A stretch of DNA of 64,000 bases from Eledone cirrhosa (Eukaryota): the NCBI GenBank assembly GCA_964016885.1, contig OZ024748.1, positions 23,994,001-24,058,000 on the forward strand. Reading direction: 5' to 3'. Each line of letters starts with the position of its first letter. The stretch's first letter is position 1. This document shows positions 55,901 to 64,000 of this stretch, piece by piece. The position numbers and the translations under genes are program-made. The notes beneath the pieces were generated by a model. It did no database searches. It was not told the DNA's origin and worked only from the letters and a program-made list of their open reading frames with translations.

Positions 55901-58900
55901 GGTGGTGGAGACAGCGGTGGTGGAGATAGTGGTGGTGGAGAGAGTGGTGGTGGAGAGAGTGGTGGTGGAGAGAGCGGTGGTGGAGAGAGTGGTGGTGGAG
56001 AGAGCGGTGGTGGAGAGAGCGGTGGTGGAGAGAGCGGTGGTGGAGAGAGCGGTGGTGGAGATAGTGGTGGTGGAGAGAGCGGTGGTGGAGATAGTGGTGG
56101 TGGATATAGTGGTGGTGGAGATAGTGGTGGTGGAGATAGTGGTGGTGGAGATAGTGGTGGTGGATATAGTGGTGGTGGAGATAGTGGTGGTGGAGATAGT
56201 GGTGGTGGAGATAGTGGTGGTGGAGATAGCGGTGGTGGAGATAGTGGTGGTGGAGACAGCGGTGGTGGAGAGAGCGGTGGTGGAGATAGTGGTGGTGGAG
56301 ATAGTGGTGGTGGAGATAGTGGTGGTGGAGACAGTGGTGGTGGAGAGAGCGGTGGTGGAGATAGTGGTGGTGGAGATAGTGGTGGTGGAGAGAGTGGTGG
56401 TGGAGAGAGCGGTGGTGGAGACAGTGGTGGTGGAGATAGTGGTGGTGGAGAGAGCGGTGGTGGAGATAGTGGTGGTGGAGATAGTGGTGGTGGAGATAGT
56501 GGTGGTGGAGATAGTGGTGGTGGAGATAGTGGTGGTGGAGAGAGCGGTGGTGGAGATAGTGGTGGTGGAGACAGCGGTGGTGGAGACAGCGGTGGTGGAG
56601 ATAGTGGTGGTGGAGATAGTGGTGGTGGAGACAGCGGTGGTGGAGACAGTGGTGGTGGAGACAGCGGTGGTGGAGACAGTGGTGGTGGAGATAGTGGTGG
56701 TGGAGATAGTGGTGGTGGAGATAGTGGTGGTGGAGATAGTGGTGGTGGAGATAGTGGTGGTGGAGACAGCGGTGGTGGAGACAGTGGTGGTGGAGACAGC
56801 GGTGGTGGAGAGAGTGGTGGTGGAGATAGTGGTGGTGGAGATAGTGGTGGTGGAGACAGCGGTGGTGGAGAGAGTGGTGGTGGAGATAGTGGTGGTGGAG
56901 AGAGTGGTGGTGGAGATAGTGGTGGTGGAGACAGCGGTGGTGGAGATAGTGGTGGTGGAGAGAGTGGTGGTGGAGATAGTGGTGGTGGAGATAGTGGTGG
57001 TGGAGATAGTGGTGGTGGAGACAGCGGTGGTGGAGAGAGTGGTGGTGGAGATAGTGGTGGTGGAGATAGTGGTGGTGGAGAGAGTGGTGGTGGAGATAGT
57101 GGTGGTGGAGACAGCGGTGGTGGAGACAGTGGTGGTGGAGATAGTGGTGGTGGAGATAGTGGTGGTGGAGACAGCGGTGGTGGAGATAGTGGTGGTGGAG
57201 ATAGTGGTGGTGGAGATAGTGGTGGTGGAGATAGTGGTGGTGGAGATAGTGGTGGTGGAGACAGCGGTGGTGGAGACAGTGGTGGTGGAGACAGCGGTGG
57301 TGGAGACAGTGGTGGTGGAGATAGTGGTGGTGGAGATAGTGGTGGTGGAGACAGCGGTGGTGGAGACAGTGGTGGTGGAGACAGCGGTGGTGGAGACAGT
57401 GGTGGTGGAGACAGTGGTGGTGGAGATAGTGGTGGTGGAGATAGTGGTGGTGGAGACAGTGGTGGTGGAGACAGTGGTGGTGGAGATAGTGGTGGTGGAG
57501 ATAGTGGTGGTGGAGATAGTGGTGGTGGAGATAGTGGTGGTGGAGATAGTGGTGGTGGAGACAGTGGTGGTGGAGACAGTGGTGGTGGAGATAGTGGTGG
57601 TGGAGATAGTGGTGGTGGAGACAGTGGTGGTGGAGACAGCGGTGGTGGAGATAGTGGTGGTGGAGATAGTGGTGGTGGAGACAGTGGTGGTGGAGACAGT
57701 GGTGGTGGAGATAGTGGTGGTGGAGATAGTGGTGGTGGAGATAGTGGTGGTGGAGATAGTGGTGGTGGAGATAGTGGTGGTGGAGAGAGCGGTGGTGGAG
57801 ACAGCGGTGGTGGAGATAGTGGTGGTGGAGATAGTGGTGGTGGAGATAGTGGTGGTGGAGATAGTGGTGGTGGAGATAGTGGTGGTGGAGACAGTGGTGG
57901 TGGAGATAGTGGTGGTGGAGATAGTGGTGGTGGAGATAGTGGTGGTGGAGACAGTGGTGGTGGAGATAGTGGTGGTGGAGATAGTGGTGGTGGAGATAGT
58001 GGTGGTGGAGACAGTGGTGGTGGAGATAGTGGTGGTGGAGATAGTGGTGGTGGAGATAGTGGTGGTGGAGACAGTGGTGGTGGAGATAGTGGTGGTGGAG
58101 ATAGTGGTGGTGGAGACAGCGGTGGTGGAGATAGTGGTGGTGGAGATAGTGGTGGTGGAGATAGTGGTGGTGGAGAGAGCGGTGGTGGAGATAGCGGTGG
58201 TGGAGAGAGCGGTGGTGGAGATAGTGGTGGTGGAGATAGTGGTGGTGGAGATAGTGGTGGTGGAGACAGTGGTGGTGGAGATAGTGGTGGTGGAGATAGT
58301 GGTGGTGGAGAGAGCGGTGGTGGAGACAGTGGTGGTGGAGAGAGTGGTGGTGGAGAGAGCGGTGGTGGAGACAGTGGTGGTGGAGATAGTGGTGGTGGAG
58401 ATAGTGCAGGTGGAGATAGTGGTGGTGGAGATAGTGGTGGTGGAGACAGTGGTGGTGGAGATAGTGGTGGTGGAGAGAGCGGTGGTGGAGATAGTGGTGG
58501 TGGATATAGTGGTGGTGGAGATAGTGGTGGTGGAGATAGTGGTGGTGGAGATAGCGGTGGTGGAGATAGTGGTGGTGGAGAGAGCGGTGGTGGAGATAGT
58601 GGTGGTGGAGATAGTGGTGGTGGAGATAGTGGTGGTGGAGATAGTGGTGGTGGAGAGAGTGGTGGTGGAGATAGTGGTGGTGGAGAGAGTGGTGGTGGAG
58701 ACAGCGGTGGTGGAGAGAGTGGTGGTGGAGATAGTGGTGGTGGAGATAGTGGTGGTGGAGAGAGTGGTGGTGGAGATAGTGGTGGTGGAGAGAGCGGTGG
58801 TGGAGATAGTGGTGGTGGAGAGAGTGGTGGTGGAGATAGTGGTGGTGGAGAGAGTGGTGGTGGAGAGAGCGGTGGTGGAGAGAGCGGTGGTGGAGAGAGT

Positions 58901-59091
58901 GGTGGTGGAGATAGTGGTGGTGGAGATAGTGGTGGTGGAGATAGTGGTGGTGGAGATAGTGGTGGTGGAGATAGTGGTGGTGGAGATAGTGGTGGTGGAG
59001 ATAGTGGTGGTGGAGAGAGTGGTGGTGGAGACAGCGGTGGTGGAGATAGTGGTGGTGGAGAGAGTGGTGGTGGAGATAGTGGTGGTGGAGA
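49995..59091. repeat. ~9.1 kb satellite, 15-bp unit GGTGGTGGAGA[T/C/G]AG[T/C], roughly 600 units
   Basis: Direct reading. The phase appears constant along the array. Confidence 0.98.
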
Positions 59092-59220
59092 ATTAGCCGT
59101 CGAAACGGCTTGAGCTCAGCCGTCGGGGTCTTACTGGTTCCTATTACCCACTCTACTACCCCAAGTATTGAGTACTTTGGTGCGTTATGGTCCACCTGGT
59201 TCCTTACCACATTTCCTTCG

Positions 59221-59223
<3 letters not shown>
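59088..59223 (+). mobile_element. Family B copy fused to the end of the 15-bp satellite
   Basis: ...GGTGGTGG-AGAATTAGCCGTCGAAACGGCTTGAGCTCAGCCGTCGGGG...CCTTCGTTA(TA)n. Confidence 0.75.
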
Positions 59224-59269
<46 letters not shown>

Positions 59270-59273
<4 letters not shown>

Positions 59274-59431
59274 AAAAAGAGATGAAATCGAAAATGCAAC
59301 TGGAGTCTTATTTTTTTTTTAAATATATATATTTATTTGGTTCCTTTACCGGTAAAGGAACCAAATAAATATATACATTTTTTTTTAAAATAAGACTCCA
59401 GTTGCATTTTCGATTTCATCTCTTTTTCTTT
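59270..59431. repeat. Near-perfect spacerless ~160 bp palindrome centred on ACCGGT
   Basis: AAAGAAAAAGAGATGAAATCGAAAATGCAACTGGAGTCTTA... mirrored about 59350/59351. Confidence 0.9.
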
Positions 59432-59681
59432 ATACTTTCACTCGTGTAGGACACCTCGGTTATTTTTCATTTTGTAAAAAAACCCTCACTTTCTAATATA
59501 TATATATATATATGTGTGTGTAAATGAAGTAATTCCGTCGGAAAAGTCCAGGAAAAAAGAGTGCTCGATGTAGGTAACATAAACAGACCATGATTTTTTC
59601 ATTCTGAGGATTGAAAGCAAAATGTTTTGCTTTTAAGAAACCACTGGTAAATGGAATAATTGCCTTATGTTGTTTATTACA

Positions 59682-59746
<65 letters not shown>

Positions 59747-59764
59747 TCGTATATATATATATAT

Positions 59765-60310
59765 ACGATTTCTTCAAGCTCCGTGGTTAGTTTAACATTA
59801 TGGGGTCACCAGAGTTGGGAGCATCAGTCCAGTCGGCTTAGGACAAATGTCCTTCATAATACCAGCATGGTTTCTCGGTCTCTTGTCTTGAAAGACATCA
59901 AGATCCAGCCAGCGAGTCGTCTGCACATTGTCATCATTTTCCTGATGTGTGATTGAAACAATGCATCATCGCTCATGTCTATACCCAGGTCCGGTATTTC
60001 GACACTGGGATTTCGAGCCCTCCTGGTCCGGTGTAGCTTTGTTGTACTGTCTTTGTGTTTGCAGATTGATATCGTGGAGCTTGAAATTTTCCAGCATTAA
60101 ATTGCATATTATTGTCCTCAGCCCATTTGTATATGGCATCCAGATCTTGTTCTAAAAGAGTGGCATCAGCCGGGTTCTTAATTGACTGTGCTACCTTAGT
60201 ATCATCATCATAGCTAGTGAGGGACGTTGCATGTACTACAGAGGGAATGTCTAAAAGAGCCATCAAAAAACAGTAGTGGTCCTAAGACAGTGCCCTAGAG
60301 TACCCCACTT
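59765..60310 (-). mobile_element. CR1/L2-type LINE RT fragment
   Basis: SLTSYDDDTKV...LEQDLDAIYKWAEDNNMQFNAGKF (decayed YADD). Frameshifted. Confidence 0.85.
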
Positions 60311-60974
60311 TCCTAGTGCTTCCTATTGGTTGCATCTCTACTGACTCCCTCAGACAATATATCATTAGTATATGTATGTGTATACGTATGTATGTTTGTA
60401 TATCTATGTTTGTATGTATGTATGTATGTGTGTCTGTTTGTATGTTTGTATGTTTGTATGTGTGTGTATGTATATAGTATGTATATATGTGTGCATGTAT
60501 GTATGTATGTGTCTGTGTGTATGTATGTGTGTATATATGTATGTATGCATGTATGTATGTATGTGTGTCTGTGTGTATGTATGTGTGTATATATGTATGT
60601 ATATGTGTATGTGTGTAGGTATGTGTGTATGTATGTGTGTATATATATGTATATATGTATATATGTATGTATGTATATATGTATGTGTGTGTGTAGGTAT
60701 GTACATATGTATGCATGAATGTATGGATGGATGTATATATGTATGTATGTATGTATACATGTATGTGTATGTATATATGTATGTATGTATGTGTGTATGT
60801 ATGAATGCATGTATATATGTATATATGTATATATGTATATTTGTATATATATACATAACGTGTGTGTGTGTATGTATGTACGTATGTATGTATGTATATG
60901 TTTATATATCTATGTATGTGCGTGTGTATATGTATATCGTTGTACGGCTGAATTCATCCGTTTCAGCCGTGGCT

Positions 60975-62060
60975 GGATTAACTCGTCAGGAACGTCAGAA
61001 AGATATTAGGAGCCAACCAGGTCATCCTCATTATTCCAATTTTACGAACATTAGATCTTACAATTCGGCACTTTCGATTGCCTGAATGAAAAGGGGGAAA
61101 GGGGTTGCAAATAACTGAAGCATGTGGTCGAGATCCCTTTTGTTTTAGAGTGCATGGGCACCCTTATAATCACACTTCTAATATGCGCCAGTAGGAGATG
61201 AAAGACATTTGCTCAAATCTATGGCGTCGTTTCACCGATGACTGATGAGATTAAACTTAAGCGCCAAGCTAATGTAGGATGTATCTCTGAAATTATGGCA
61301 GCACTAGATGTAATTATTAGGGAAAATAATGTTTATGTAATGGCGTAGAAAATACTAGGAGATGGAGCAGGCAGAACAGGAAACAGACAAGCCATAGCAG
61401 TGCGCCCGGTGTTTACAAGAGATCCTACTGTTGATAGAAGACGCTATAATTTACCAAGCGTGGACGAAGTAGTAATGCTACTCGTAAATGCAGATGGAAT
61501 GTCAATATTCGACAAAGACTTCCGTGTTTATCCAAGAACTCTAAATGAACAGCATATCAATCTTAATATTATCAGTTCAAATCTCAATCCAATGACATAC
61601 GCCTTATATCATCGATATGGAGAACAATCCCAACAATCTGGTTTGTTAGTTGCTGACAGAAGAATTAGAGATAATGGTTGAAATAAGGTAACATACAATA
61701 CTATAACACAAAATATCGTAGATTGCGGTAAGAGATGAATTTAATCCTATCCTACACGGGGGCAAATTATTTCAACAGTGGGGAGTAGACAGCTATTTGT
61801 AGGTGGTAACTAATAACTTAAACTATGTCAGATATCAATCAACAGAGGTAGTAGAGAGTAGATAATTATATAGGGGGCTGACCGCTTCATAAATGTTGCA
61901 AATACAAAACAAATACAATTTTCGTGTATGGTAATAACGACATCTTTATCTTAGGTATCTCCTTGCCACATGAAAGAGCGTTGCCTCTATGCAATGACGG
62001 TCATGTGAAAATATGAAAAGTTTTATTGTCATTGCTGACATGTAATACATCGTGGCCAGC
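60975..62060 (+). mobile_element. Decayed Helitron Rep/helicase N-terminal region
   Basis: NIRSYNSALS, GRDPFCFRVHG, DRRRYNLPSVDEV, NPMTYAL...GE, FNPILHGGKLFQQWGVDSY motifs in the expected order, with stops and frameshifts. Confidence 0.85.
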
Positions 62061-62159
62061 ATTTAAAATAAAATATCCTATTCTCGGAGCAAGTGTAAGT
62101 GGTTAAGTATTACAGAAGATACTTGTACATTTAACATCATAATTCAGCGTCTTCAGCCG

Positions 62160-62620
62160 AAATAGAATCGACGATAGATCTCCACGCTGGTCTCTCTCGA
62201 ACATCTATACCAGAGTGTCTGGCTATCACATCTAGATAGGAAATCTTGTGACTTCTTTGGCTTCCACAAATGTTCGTTTTGAAAGCACTAAAGGAGACAC
62301 AGCTTCATTTGAGACGCGGTATCAGAAATACGAGGGAGACCATCGTATATTTTCCAAAGAGTCGTATGTTGTCTCCAGCTTATGTCTCGTGACTGACACA
62401 GCAAGGGTGTATATACTTCATCAAGGAGTTTTATTGTTTGATATATATATATAAGTGTCCAAGTTTCACTACCATAAAGTAGGACTGGTTGTATTGAATT
62501 TGGAAGAGTCTTACTTTGGATGAATTTAGTAGAAAGGAACACCAGATATAGCCACACCTGGGCTTTTCTGGTATTGAAATCTATTTCAGAGTTTATGATT
62601 TGATTGAATCTGCTTGAATA
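62160..62620 (-). mobile_element. RTE LINE RT C-terminal fragment
   Basis: IQPVLLYGSETWTL...ISWRQH.T...IY..LPRIS. Confidence 0.8.
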
Positions 62621-62894
62621 TCATATTAGGTATCATAGATCCTTCACAAATATTCAGGCATAATCAGCGCGGCAAAATGTGTCAAGGCTGGAACATTGAA
62701 TTACAGGTATAATCTATTCAACAGTCTTCTACACAGTTTCTGTCTACCAAATTTCCCCCATGGATGTCGTCGACCCGAAGCTATAATAAAAGACATTTGC
62801 TGAAAATACGGCACAACGACATTGAACTTGGAACCTCGTAAATGTGAATCGAACTTCTTATACACTTCACCATGCCTACATCCTGCTGTGCATT

Positions 62895-63074
62895 TTCTAT
62901 TTTTGGCACAAGGCCAGCAATAATCCCAGTGCATTACTGGTACTTTTATTTCATCGACCCCGTAATGATGAAAAGCAAAGTTAACCTTTCATCCTTACGG
63001 GGTCGATAAAATAAAAGTACCAGTAATGCACTGGGATAATTGCTGGCCTTGTGCCACAAGTAGAAACAATTATT
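62895..63074. mobile_element. Two SINE 3' halves joined as an inverted pair
   Basis: 62895-62985 on the minus strand and 62984-63074 on the plus strand. Confidence 0.75.
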
Positions 63075-63097
63075 AAATATATATATTTATGATGAAT

Positions 63098-63311
63098 TGG
63101 CAGTATCGGTAGAGCGTCGGACAACAGGCTTTGCGGGATATAGTCACGTTCCTTTGCGTGCTGAGTTCAAATCCCACCGAGGTTAGCTTTGCCTTTCATC
63201 CTTACGGGGGTCTATAAAATAAAGTACCAGTAATGTACTGGTGTTGATTTAAACGACTTTTCGCACCCCTTCAAATTGCGGGCATTGTGCCTAAAGTAGA
63301 AACAGTTATTA
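63098..63311 (+). mobile_element. tRNA-derived SINE, near full length
   Basis: TGGCAGTATCGGTAG (A box), GAGTTCAAATCCC (B box), conserved core and GTGCCTAAAGTAGAAAC tail. Confidence 0.8.
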
Positions 63312-63435
63312 AATATGTGTGCGTGTGTGTATGTGAGTGCGTGCGTGAGTGTATGTCTTTGTGAATAGGTATGTGTGGGGGTATGAATGTATGTGGGTGT
63401 GTGAATGTGAGTATGTGTGTATGTGGGTGTGTGCA

Positions 63436-63514
<79 letters not shown>

Positions 63515-63594
63515 GCGATACAATGGTTGGGATATATAGTTATATGTGTGTACATGTACCTAGAACACTACAAACTTCATACAGCTTTAGACAC

Positions 63595-64000
63595 ACACAC
63601 ACATACATTTACATACACAAACACTTACATAATATTAACACACACACACTGACTGACACTGTCATACACATACACACACACTGATTGACACTTTCACACA
63701 CATACATTTACATACACAAACACTTACATAATATTAACACACACACACTGACTGACACTGTCATACACATACACACACACTGATTGACACTTTCACACAC
63801 ATACATTTACATACACAAACACTTACATAATATTAACACACACACACTTACTGACACTTTCATACACATACACACACACACACTGATTGACACTTTCACA
63901 CACATACACTTACATACACAAACACTTACATAATATTAACACACACACACAGGCAGACACTTTCACACACACACACACACTGATTGACACTTTCATACAC
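63595..64000. repeat. ~99-bp CA-rich tandem repeat, runs off the right edge
   Basis: ACATACATTTACATACACAAACACTTACATAATATTAAC at ~63601, 63700 and 63799, with a variant near 63902. Confidence 0.9.

Noticed and set aside
49893-59210. 3000+ aa ORFs (His-rich, Val-rich) as real genes
   Set aside because: They are open only because a stop-free 15-bp unit is repeated. The minus ORF begins inside a dispersed repeat, and there is no domain content.

Overview
Gene-poor, microsatellite-saturated eukaryotic DNA. The SINE type and (TA)n/(CA)n/(CATA)n load suggest a cephalopod (octopus-like) genome, which is an inference. No host protein-coding gene is supported, and the long ORFs are translations of tandem repeats. 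The window holds three multi-kb satellites (14-, 42- and 15-bp units) plus decayed RTE, CR1, Tx1-like, Helitron, hAT/Tc1 MITE and tRNA-SINE copies. The dominant hidden signal is many type I minimal hammerhead ribozymes (CUGAUGA...GAAA...UH, very short and often palindromic stem III) from several unrelated sequence families, mostly inserted in (TA)n tracts and often arranged as fold-back inversions. Three Penelope-like element (PLE) coding remnants lie among them. The best candidate for an undescribed system is a non-coding, head-to-tail ~466-470 bp repeat at 1-1318 with one hammerhead per unit, i.e. a retrozyme-like or PLE-mobilised array that could yield unit-length or circular RNA. A second ~591 bp array of the same design, with a decayed core, lies at 31.5-32.7 kb. 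All folds and homologies were read by eye and none was computed.
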